Shown: piece after piece, positions 53,266 through 64,000 of the stretch
How positions within the stretch are numbered: the stretch's first letter is position 1
How the letters are laid out: each line of letters opens with the position of its first letter
Origin: Basidiobolus meristosporus CBS 931.73
Lineage: Eukaryota > Fungi > Basidiobolomycota
Direction: 5' to 3'
Length of the DNA: 64,000 bases
Assembly: GCA_002104905.1 (NCBI GenBank)
Contig: MCFE01000290.1
Coordinates: 38,715 to 102,714 of the forward strand
Notes under the pieces: generated by a model
Told to the model about the DNA's origin: nothing
Database searches by the model: none
The model's input: only the letters and a program-made list of their open reading frames with translations
Position numbers and translations under genes: made by a program

Positions 53266-56200
53266 CCGCATCCATTGGACAGGAGTTCAAGACTTTGGCA
53301 GACCATCACACTGCTTGTATCCTGAGAATAGATACAGTGAGTGATTGGCTACAGAAGGAATATGACAATGATCCTGGTATGTCCAAGTTGACTTCTACTG
53401 TCAAGCAATTAGTCAAGCTTTGGTTTGGTGCTGGCTGTACCATTATTGCTGACTCTTGGTTTGGATCCCCAAATATGACAATTATGCTGGCTGAACTTGG
53501 TCTGTATTCCATTATGCAAGTGACTAAGTGCTGCCACTGGCCATGTGATATGCCCACTAACAATATTGTTGCCAATGTTGGCAACTTGTATGGTGCTCAC
53601 TTTACTATGAACAAGACAACAAGGAGCGGGAGAATCTTTGACTGCGCCTACCATGATTACAAGATCAAAGCAGTTATTTCTTCTTGCAGCACAACAAGGC
53701 TTACTGGACGGAGAACTTTAGTAGGGGACAAAGGTGAGGTGATAACCATTCAGCAACCAGAAGTGGTTGAAGAATATGAGACCCATAAAAGTAAGTAGAA
53801 TCCTGTCTTGAAGAAACAACATGTGCTCCATTTACTATATTTGTAGGTTTGGTTGATGCTGCTAATAACCTTTGAGATAATTTGACATCTTATCATGATG
53901 TTATATCTACAGAAAGATGGGAGATGCGTTTCTACGGCTTCATCCTGGGTATCTGCAAAGCCAATGCCTATAGCTCTTATTGTACATTTTCTTACCAAAA
54001 GTTTGGCGTATCTCATTTCTCTTTCAGGGATATTTTAGCATACAATTTCTTGCAATATTGTAAGAATTTGGCCGGCTCAGACATCAAGGGGCCCTAGGGT
54101 AGTCAGAGGCAACCCAGAAGTGATGAAAATCACACTTACCTGTTGATGAGTAAAGGTTATGGCTCAAAGCGCCATAGATTAGCTTGCAAAACTTGTACTT
54201 CCGCTCATGTTACAGGCACTAAGGTTGAGTTTTCATGCAGTTGCAACCCTGGCCACCCAATGTGTAAAGACTGCTATACCAGGCACTTGAAGGTGGTATA
54301 TGAAAAAACAAATAATGCTCAATAATTCTTTGCAGTTAGTAGGATTGGCTATTAAATGCTTGAAATATAATTGCTTAAAGCCATACCCATTATTCATCAA
54401 TGAAGTGTTAGACCATTTGGTCCAATTAAAATTTGCCAAAAGTTGCTTCAGTAAAGGCAATATAAGACAATGTATTTGCAACCATTTTGAAAAAATCAAA
54501 ATACCAGCACAAAGTGCATACCAGAGAGAATTCATAAACTCCATTTAGACTTCATATATCCTTGCTATGAGGTCAAAATAATTTAAATACAATTGGACCA
54601 AATGGTCTGATTGGGCTAATCTCTACTTGTTAATCATCAAATGGATGACCAAGGCCAAAGATGTGTTGCCTGACAAAAATTCAAAATTTTCCCAGAAAAT
54701 AATATCCAATGATTACAAAAATTTGATCTCATGTCCACAAATAGTCAGGATTGAACCAGAGCAAAACAATGAAAGCTTTTCAATCTGGAGGACTCTGCAA
54801 CTACAGCTCAGCCCAAATCAGGGCCCAGGAATATCACTGACGTGTTCACTTCAGTATCAAATTCCAGGAAATCCAACCAGACAAGAGATAGCCCAAATTA
54901 CTATATCAATGAGGGTATAAAACTTAGCCTATAGCTATTCAGTCCATATTGATAAGCCCCAGACTGCAAAAGAGACCTAAATAGCCATCTGACAAAGTTT
55001 TGGTGATCTGCAATGACTGAGAAATATAATGCCCTGATGGAAAATCAGACTTGGGATATAGCCAAATTACCAATCAACCCAAAACCAATTGGATGCAGAT
55101 GGGTCTCTGTGACAAAATACAAGGCTGATAGTACAATTGAAAAATACAAAGCAATACTTGTGGCCAAAGAATACTCTCAAGCCACAGGACTTGACTACAC
55201 TGAGACCTTTGTACTGGTAGCCAAGTGTAATTCCATCAGAATGATATTGGCTATTGCAGCCAAATACCGGTATCTTATGCATCAAATGGAAGTAAAAACT
55301 GCATTTTAAATGAAGAACTTGACAAGGATGTGTGAATAGACCAACCTGATGGGTTTGCTGACCAAGATAGCTGCTATTTGGTCTGCAAGCTAAAAATACG
55401 TGTATATTGTCTCACGCAATCACTAAGGGCCTGGAATTGCAAGCTAGATTCTTATTTTGAGTCATTGAGTTTCAAAAGGAGCAATGCTGACTACAGTGTA
55501 TACTCTAAGCCAGATGGAGTAAATCCAGTTCTATTAGCTCCAAATGTGGATGAACTTGTTATAGCCACCAATAACCTGGCAACATAGAGAGAGACTTAAT
55601 CCAGCCTATCTAAGGAACTCAAGATGTCCAATCTAGGAGAGCTCAGTTACTACTTAGGGATACAGTTTTCCAAAAACAGAAGTACCCAGACTCTCACCCT
55701 AAGCCAATCCAAGTATATTCAAGATATACTAAAAGAGTAGTAAGTGAAAGACTGTAAACTGGCAGCTACCCTAATGGAAACAAACCTTTACTTGGTCAAA
55801 ACCCCACTATATTAAGAGCCTGGTGCCATCTGAAAGCCCTGATTTTCCTTATCAATCCATGGTTGGCAGTCTAATGTATATCATGCTTGGATCACATCCA
55901 GATATCTCATATTCAGTTGGAGTTGTCAGCCAGCATAATCAGAACCATGGATCTGATCATATTGCAGCAGTTAAGTGGATACTTTGGTAGCTAAAAGGAA
56001 CTGCTAATATCTGCTTAGGATACACTTATTAGGATTCAGCACAGGATTGTGTGGGATACTCTGATGCAGTTTGGGGACAAAATTTAGAAGACATAAGAGC
56101 CTCCACACAGTACACCTTTCTTTACTGTCAAGGAGCAACTTCCTAGAATTCTAGAGGGCAACCAACTGTGGCACTTTTGACCACAGAGGTAGTGTTTATG

Positions 56201-58871
56201 GTAGCCTGTGAAGTTACAAAAGACACAATATGGCTAATAAAGCTTTTTACAGATATAGGCTTATGTCAAAAAATGCCTATTACTTTATTTCCAGATAATC
56301 AACAATGTATAAAATTATGTAGAAACTCAACTTCTCACTCTGGAGCTAAGTGCAGAGATATTAGACATCATTTCATATGTGAAGATATTGAGATTTACTT
56401 AGTTATCTTAGCTCACTGTCCTTCATATGAAATGATTGCAGACACATTTACCAAACCATTAGCAAGAGATTAGTTTGAGTATCTTGGGTCAAAATTAGGA
56501 CTAGTCAGTATGTACATAGAGTGGAGTAGGAGTGTTGTAAAGATTTGTAATTCCACCTAAATATTCACCTAACTTAGTCACTTCAATCATTACCTTCAAA
56601 TCCTAGAGAACACTGACTAAACTCCCTGTTGGGACTTACTTGAAATAATTTCACCAAAATACCAGGTACCTGGAACATGAAAATTCTCAAAGTTATCCAA
56701 ATAGCCCCAAACTTTGCATACATGTTCTTACATCCTTCCTTAGCCTATTCTATTGGTTTAATGCCAAGACCATGTAACAGTATATATACTATTTTTACAT
56801 TCAGTAATTCATCAATTGAAACCACAAAATCTTCTTTCCTTCTAAATCATGTCTAATATCTCCAAGACTCTTATAGCAGGATCTAGTTTTGTGTATTGCC
56901 CTGAATGTAACGCATGCTGTTATCCAATTGTTCTACTGCTGCTGTCAACAGTGGGGCTTGGGTGGAAACCACATAATTTTGCTTTAGTTTTGGGCAGGAT
57001 ATACATGGAAGTGAGTCTCATTAAAGGGGAAATTGAGATATATATATGTGTATGTGGTGCCACATCTCTATGTATAATGCCTACCATAGCAGGTCATTAT
57101 TAAATTTCATATTTGTGGTAGGGCAATGTCTCAAATACAGCACTGTCTTCAATTTACATGAGTATTGACAAAAATTGATATAATAGCAGTACTCTGTTGG
57201 GTGTCAAACTGTTTGCCCCACAGAGAAGACTAATTTGATCAAACACCATAAGAGAAGAGATAAAAGACCCTGTGGTTCTTGTAGCAAGACTCTCAGCCTT
57301 GAAGCATACAAATGGTACAGGAAGTATTATAAGGATCACAGACAGTGGTTTGCCACACATGTTTTATTTGATCATTCTTATGTCACTATTGTACGATCAA
57401 AACCTTGCCAGCCACATGATACTTCTATAACAGCAACTAGCTGTATTTGTTACCTTGTGCAAACTAAGTCTGGTGAGCTTGCAACATCCCTAGGCTCACC
57501 CCAGCCCTCAGAATATGGCATGCAGAGTGATAGCTATGAAGCAGGAGGCTCAACAATGGATTGTGAGCCTATCTCCCTTAACAAAAGTACTGTGCATGAG
57601 CTCAGCAAAATCCTAATATTCAATGAGACAATGCTTGTAGAAAGAATGCTAAGGATACTTTGTTGAGCCTAGTAGGCCTGGTAATACATCAACTGGTGGG
57701 TGATGTGATGTTATGGCTAGAGTAGCGGCATATTTCCACAAGTATTAGTAATAAGGGCTTTAAGGATTTACTACTACTGCTTGCCACAATCATTCCAGGA
57801 TGTCACTTACTATATATATAGTACAAATGGACAACTGTTATGTGGCTGGCAATATTTGACCCAGAGACTGTCCTGATACCAGCATGCATTAACAGCTACA
57901 AGGTAACATTGCTCATGCTCCAGATATATCTCAGTAATACCATGTCTAAAGCGTGCAGTCTAGCAAAACTTGTGAAGGCGTAATGTACTACACTCAATAT
58001 CAATCCAGCACAAACATTTCCTATATATTTGAAGGCAAACATTACCAAGAACTAAGAAGCAAGGGCTAATTTGAAGGTATATATAACCATGACTTTTCCT
58101 TGGCATGCAATGGATTTACTTTAAACAGGTACTCTATCAGCAAGTCCTGCTGGCCACTGATTTCCATTAACCAGCTTCTGATACATATCTTATGGTATTG
58201 GGGCATAAGTTTGGTGGTAGTCCCACTGGTATCTGGACCTAAATAATTGTCTAACCTGGACCACTACTTGTGTCCATTGCTGGATGGATTTTGCACGCTT
58301 TCCAGCAGGATACCACTAGATGACTGTCATATTAAGGCACATATTAGTATCTACATTACAGACACTACAAAAATCAGCAGAATAGCCAGCTTATCTGGGC
58401 ATAATGGATGGTATTACTTTCACATGTAGGAGATCCCAGGGATTGACTCCTTAGCGTATACACATTACTATTGTCCATTCACTGACATCACAAATATCAT
58501 CTTCTTACAGAGAGAGTGTACAGGAGTCAGCATGTAATTGCAGTAAAGTTGGCAAGTTATAAGCCATTCGCTGGAATATATTATTAGTTGGAAACCAGAG
58601 ACACTTAGGAAAGAGGGTATCAGTTGGAGCAAGAGCATTGTGGTGGTGTAGAAGTACTCCTGGGAGAAGCTACACAACTCAAGGTGTGTGAGGTGTCTGA
58701 TGGGTGCAATAACCTCTGTGTCTAAACTGCTGGTGTCTTTGTCAATATGTCACTATGGTAAAAGCTCCTGCTTCTCTAACTTCCTAGGTGCTCCAAGTGT
58801 CTCCAAGGTCTCTGTGTGTCTTGTGCACTACCCTGAAAAGCTTCTTGATGGCAGGTCTGAGATGTACTGTT

Positions 58872-59239
58872 TGTTATGATCTGCCGCTTGAATGTTTAAG
58901 TTAGATCAGTTTTTAGTCAAATCAATTACAATATGTTTAGGTTATCAGTATATCAGTATTATCTATGAAATCAGTAGCATTAGTCAGCAAATAAATCAGC
59001 AGATCCTTATCAGACAGAAATAGATATATTAAGTAGGATCTTATTGGGTGATGATGATGCAATCAAATGAGTCATCAGCCAGAACCTACATTAGGAAATA
59101 CAATTAGTCAGCAATTGATCTGGCAAAATGTATATAAGGAGCTGCTGGAACCTCAATAAAAATCAGTTCAAGTTTTAGTGAATACAATACTAGCTAAACT
59201 CCCTATTCCTCTACAACTCTTATACCAAGACTTGTAACA
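58872..59239 (+). repeat. 5' LTR of the Gypsy
   Basis: TG...CA direct repeat of 63435-63803. Confidence 0.96.
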
Positions 59240-59297
59240 TTGGTAGCAGCAATAACCAGAAACCTCCCTCCTGAAGAAAGAAGAAACCACCCTCAAG

Positions 59298-62200
59298 ATG
59301 TCGGACAATCAAGAATGGAAGAATTCCATGCAGCAAATCCTGGCCCAACAGCAACAGCTACTCCAGATCCTCAGCCAACAGCAACAAGGAATGACTACCA
59401 TGGCTCAGAGCCAGCAAAGCCCTGTCAAGAGCAACTTTAGTGTGAAGGTCAACTGGTACTATGGCAGAGTCAATGAAAACCTGGGAACTTGGCTCTTTCA
59501 GATTGAAGAAGCTTTTAAAGCTAAAGGAATTGCTCCAGAGAGCAAGTTGCATTATGCAGCTTCTTACCTGGCAGATGCAGCTTTACAGTGGTACCACAAC
59601 AAGATCAGGTCAGCTACTATGATGGGATGCTCTACAATCTCTACCTGGGATGAGTTTGTGTTGGAAATTCAGGATGCTTTTGAACCTCCACACCAGCAGA
59701 CACTACTAAGAAGGAAGTTAAAGACACTCAGACAGAAAGGAATGGTGCAAGAATACATCTATGTGTACAGATGTCTACTTGGGCAAATTGAAAGAATGGA
59801 CCCCTTGGATCAAGTTGAATACTTTATTGATGGGTTGAAAGAAAGAACTTGCAAGGAAGTCAATTACCAAAGACCTCAGACTATTGAAGAAGCCATTAAG
59901 ATTGCCATTGACTATGACTCAGCTATGTTTGGAGTTGGGAAGCCTACATTGACTAATCAGAGAGGCTATAATCATTATGAAAGAAGACAATCAGAAGCAG
60001 TACCAATGGAAATAGATGCTATGCGGAAGAATCCCTCCTCAGGAGAATACAAGAAGAGAGGACTTTGCTTCAATTGCCACCAGCAGGGACATATTGCAAA
60101 GTACTGCCCTCAGAGACAAAATGGACACCAGCCAACAAGAACCTTCAACCATATTGAGTCCCATGAACACAGTAATGTGGAAGATGAGCTTGAAGAAGAA
60201 TCGGAACTCACTTTCCATATGACAGAAGAGTACTTGTCCCAAATGACTTCAAACTCAGGGAAGTTATTGTACTTGAATGGAGTAATCAATGGAGTACCTG
60301 CCAAGATCATGATTGACTCAGGAGCATTGCATGAGTACATGTCAGAGCAATTTGCTTTGAAAGCTGGAATCAACTTGGAACCTACCAAATCAACTTCAGT
60401 CTCCACAGCTGATGGGAACTCCCACATAATTAACCATATTACCCAGCCAGTAAGAATGAAGATCAGTGACTATGAAGAGGACCTACAGGCTTATATATTT
60501 GGGAACTGCAAGTTTGACCTTGTACTTGGGAAAACCTGGCTATTTTGTCGTAATCCATCAATCAGCTGGAGAACCCATGCTACTCAGATCCAAAAAGACA
60601 ACAAGACCTATGAGCTATTACCTGCCAGGCTGGATTTCAACTTGGTCAATTCCAGTGTGTGTAAGACAAGTGAACTTAGCAAGACCCAGTTCTGTAGAGC
60701 ACTTAGAAAAGGTACCCAGATGTTCCTCATGGCGGTATTACAGGAGGATTCCTCTACCCCAGCAGGTCCAGACTCTCTTGAAGAAATATTCAGACGTGTT
60801 TCCAGATGAGCTTGTAAGCCTACCACCAGTCAGAGACGTGGATCATGCCATTGACACAGGAGATAGCCCTCCAGTGAGCAAGACACCTTACAGAATGAGT
60901 CCATTGGAATTGGAGGAAATGAAGAGACAAATTGATCAGCTATTGGAGCAAGGATACATCAGGCCCAGCAAGTCACCCTGGGGAGCACCAGTGCTTTTTG
61001 TGAAAAAGAAGGATGGAACACTTAGGATGTGCATTGACTACAGAGCCCTGAACTCAGTTACCGTCAAGAATAAGTACCCCATACATCGGATTGATGAGCT
61101 TTTGGACCAACTTAATGGAGCCACTATTTTCAGTAAGATTGACCTCATGTCAGGATACAGCCAAATTAGGGTGAAACCAGAAGATATTCCTAAGACAGCA
61201 TTTAGGACCAGATAAGGACATTACGAGTACTTAGTCATGAGTTTTGGCCTCACTAATGCCCCTGCAACATTCATGACGCTGATGCAGACTGTCTTTCAGG
61301 AGTACTTAGACAAGTTTGTGATAATCTACCTGGATGACATATTGATATACAGCAAGACAGAAGAGGATCACGTAGTGCACATTGAAAAGGTCTTGAAGAA
61401 ACTAAGAGAGAACAAGCTATATGGCAAGCTAGCCAAGTGTGAATTCTTCAAGGAACACGTTGAATACCTGGGACACATAGTGACTAGCACAGGAGTGACC
61501 TTAGACCCTAAGAAGGTTGAAGTTATCAAGAATTTGAAGCAGCCCCATAGCATATCAGAACTCAGATCATTCCTTGGAATGGTTTCCTATTATTGGAGAT
61601 TTGTCAAGTCTTTTGCAAGTATTGCAGCCCCTTTAACTGATATCCTCAAGAAAGACAATTCCTACAAGTGGGACATAGCTTGTGAGACTGCCTTCCAGAC
61701 GCTCAAGAATGAACTTGCTAAGCTGCCAAGTCTAAGAATACCAGACTTCAGAAAAGAGTTCACTCTGTGCACAGATGCTTCAGATTATGCAATTGGTGGA
61801 GTGCTGAGCCAAGAACACAAGGGAAAGGACTACCCTGTTGCCTTTGAATCCAAGAAACTGAACTCAGCAGAACAAAACTATCCAGTCCATGAGAAGGAGA
61901 TGCTTGCTATAATACACTGTTTGAAGACATGGAGATGCTATATTGAAGGAGTCAAATGCACTGTGAAGACTGATCATGCCTCCCTCAAGTATATATTTAC
62001 TCAGAAGGTACTCTCTAGAAGAATGACAAGATGGAGTGAATACATTCAGCAATTTGACCTGGAGATTGTCTACTGCCCTGGAAAAAACAACACGGTTGCT
62101 GATGCCTTATCAAGATTAGATCAAGTTGCACAACTCAACTTGGTGCATGAATCATGATTGGCCTAGCCTATTACCAAAGTACTTGGAGGACCAAGCCATT

Positions 62201-63424
62201 CCTAATGAGGATGGATGAAGATATCAAGAAGATAATCTGTGATGAAGCCAGCAAATTTGTTGTACAGGATGAAACACTCTACCAAATTGTTGATGGAAGC
62301 CCTATTGCCTATTGCCCTTATGTTTCTTGCCTGGATTTAATACATAAGCTACACAATGGATATGGACATCTTGGGATTGAAGGAACCTATAGCCTTGTGA
62401 AAGCCAGAGCATGGTGGCCCAGAATGAAACAAGATATTGAGAAGCTAGTGAAAACATGCCCAAACTGCCAAATCAATCAAGGCCAGCCACAAAGAATTGC
62501 CAAACTCTTCCCTTTGGAGCCTGTAAGACCATTTGAGAGATGGGGAATTGACTTTATTGGAAGACTGCCAACTACCAGGAAATGCAACCGTTGGATCCTA
62601 GTAGCTATTGACCATGCCACTAAATGGCCAGTTGCTAAAGCTGTACCAATAGCCAGTGAACAAGAAGTTGCAAGTTTCATTTACCATGAGATCCTGATGA
62701 AGTTTGGATGCCCTGTGGAGATCTTATCTGATAGAGGAGCAAACTTTATGGCAAAGACATTAGAGGCTTACCTGGAAATGCAGCAGATCAGACACTTGAA
62801 AACCTTGGCATATCACCCCAGAACTAATGGAGTCACTGAGTGGTTTAATGGATTATTTGGAAAAATGCTGACCAAGTATGCAAATGGAGTTGTCAGTAGA
62901 TGGGATGAGTATATAGACCAAGCACTCTTTGCATGCAGAGTCAGAGTACACAACACCACCCAGCAATCACCATTTTACTTAGTTTATGGATGTGAACCAA
63001 GGATTCCAGGAGATCTCACACAACCCAAGCTTACAGACACCTTAGAAGATGAACTCAGTCAGCCAAGTAGACACCAGCAACTGGAACAAAGACGTAAGAG
63101 GCACAGACCAAAGTATCTCAAAGTGCAGAAAAGATGAAGCAGAGATTTGATAAGACTATAGCACAAGAAGCATTGACAGTTGGGAAGTTTGTATTGCTAA
63201 GAAACAACACTTGGAAGAAGTTTGAGCCACAATGGACAGAACCATTCAAGATCATCAGAGAATGTCCATTTGCAACTTACCAACTGGTGGACAAACAAGG
63301 TAATATCCAGGAAGACTTAGTGCATAGGGACAGACTCAAGCATGCAAGACTTGCTGATAATACTGAACCATCAAGATATTGGTATCACAAGAAAAGAGAT
63401 TCAGGAGAACCCTCTCAACTTTAG
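59298..63424 (+). pseudogene. Gypsy gag-PR-RT-RH-INT, with one in-frame stop (~61213) and about 3 frameshifts
   Basis: CFNCHQQGHIAKYC knuckle, IDSGA protease, [25 protein letters not shown] RNase H, GIDFIGRLP and SDRGANF integrase. No chromodomain after the GPY/F-like motif. Confidence 0.93.
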
Positions 63425-63434
63425 TAGGGGAGAA

Positions 63435-63803
63435 TGTTATGATCTGCCACTTGAATGTTTAAGTTAGATCAGTTTTTAGTCAAATCAATTAGTATATGTT
63501 TAGGTTATCAGTATATCAGTATTATCTATGAAATCAGTAGCATTAGTCAGCAAATGAATCAGCAGATCCTTATCAGACAGAAATAGATATATTAAGTAGG
63601 ATCTTATTGGGTGATGATGATGCAATCAAATGAGTCATCTAGCCACAACCTACATTAGGAAATACAATTAGTCAGCAATTGATCTGGCAAAATGTATATA
63701 AGGAGCTGCTGGAACCTCAATAAAAATCAGTTCAAGTTTTAGTGAATACAATACTAGCTAAACTCCCTATTCCTCTACAACTCTTATACCAAGACTTGTA
63801 ACA
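63435..63803 (+). repeat. 3' LTR of the Gypsy
   Basis: TG...CA direct repeat of 58872-59239. Confidence 0.96.
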
Positions 63804-64000
63804 TGTTGAAGGCAGGTGCAGTGATCAACTGCTAATCAGTAAGGTAGAAGTGTTACTGATAGAAAGGATGATTTATTGATGAGGGATTGCTTTCCCTTAA
63901 ATACTTTTCCTGATTGCCAAGTGATTACCAATGATAAGGTTCTTGAATATTCTAAGTATCAGTGGAACACTTGATGACATCACTATGAGCTAAAAATATA

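Larger units (their letters stand above)
49082..54300 (+). pseudogene. piggyBac (DDE_Tnp_1_7) transposase interrupted by solo-LTR insertions
   Basis: Removing 49284-51441 joins ...VILDLVP to GISLTLSQ... in frame. Removing 52195-53269 joins KVPRKP to the HPIGQEFK region, with one base missing. Confidence 0.8.
48888..54629 (+). mobile_element. piggyBac-like DNA transposon
   Basis: TTAA on both sides (48884-87 and 54630-33) inside Copia RT. Imperfect TIR GTAGAGATT...GACCATTTGGTCCAATT. Transposase motifs SPLDYFLFF, LVIDKSM, IIADSWFGS and a C-terminal Cys-rich ACKTC...CKDC. Confidence 0.88.
45829..56878 (+). mobile_element. Old, decayed Copia of the same family, interrupted by piggyBac and carrying an internal duplication
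   Basis: LTRs at 45829-46172 and 56533-56878; same PBS at 46173; gag-pol riddled with stops; flanks GCATG / GGATC are each one base from the host GGATG seen in the copy at ~31060. Confidence 0.85.
38658..58638. mobile_element. Large CACTA-like element hosting nested insertions: partner ORF on the - strand, Tnp2 remnant on the + strand at ~57500-58638
   Basis: Host sequence continues across both Copia insertions (40363/45053 and 45828/56879). 57120-58638 is the reverse complement of the Tnp2 region at ~27750-29300, with GHNGWY at ~58400. Confidence 0.65.
58872..63803 (+). mobile_element. Young Ty3/Gypsy LTR retrotransposon
   Basis: LTRs 58872-59239 and 63435-63803 (about 5 substitutions and 1 indel); 4-bp TSD TGTT; PBS TGGTAGCAG at 59241; PPT AGTAGGGGAGAA. 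Confidence 0.96.
58639..64000 (+). mobile_element. Divergent relative (D) of the solo-LTR family, interrupted by the Gypsy and running off the window
   Basis: Starts TGTGGTGGTGTA at 58639. Shares GGGTGC.ATAACCTCTG and the GCAGTGATC...GATGATTTATTG...GAGGGAT block with A and C. Confidence 0.55.

Noticed and set aside
63981-63987. CACTATG as a CACTA terminus
   Set aside because: It aligns to the GACATCAGAATG segment of the solo-LTR family and lacks the CACTA subterminal sequence.

Overview
Eukaryotic DNA, most consistent with an early-diverging fungus (short GT-AG introns of roughly 40-80 bp, compact gene spacing; lineage is inferred, not proven). The window has two halves. (1) 1 to ~24,150 is gene-dense and CpG-rich. 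It holds TPT1-like (partial), APD1-like, an EI24/UsgS-like membrane protein, GFA1, RPL35, an RNF4/Slx8-like RING ligase, an Lte1/Cdc25-like RasGEF and a CFEM-like GPI protein. It also holds four spliced genes the ORF track misses or splits: a mitochondrial hypothetical, a DUF4359-like protein, a PSI/PTTG1IP-like membrane protein and a very small His1 LPMO-like secreted protein. (2) ~24,200 to 64,000 is an almost CpG-free transposon block: several CACTA/EnSpm-like elements with a divergent second ORF, a Harbinger-like transposase remnant, one young and several decayed Ty1/Copia copies, a piggyBac, a young Ty3/Gypsy, and a ~1.07-kb solo-LTR-like family inserted at CCGG/CCGC. From ~38,658 to the end, everything appears nested inside one CACTA copy, up to five layers deep. 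I found no CRISPR array, tRNA or rRNA. I cannot claim a confirmed new system. The best candidates are the CCG-targeting solo-LTR family within a CpG-eroded compartment, the miniature LPMO-like protein and the unassigned CACTA partner ORF.
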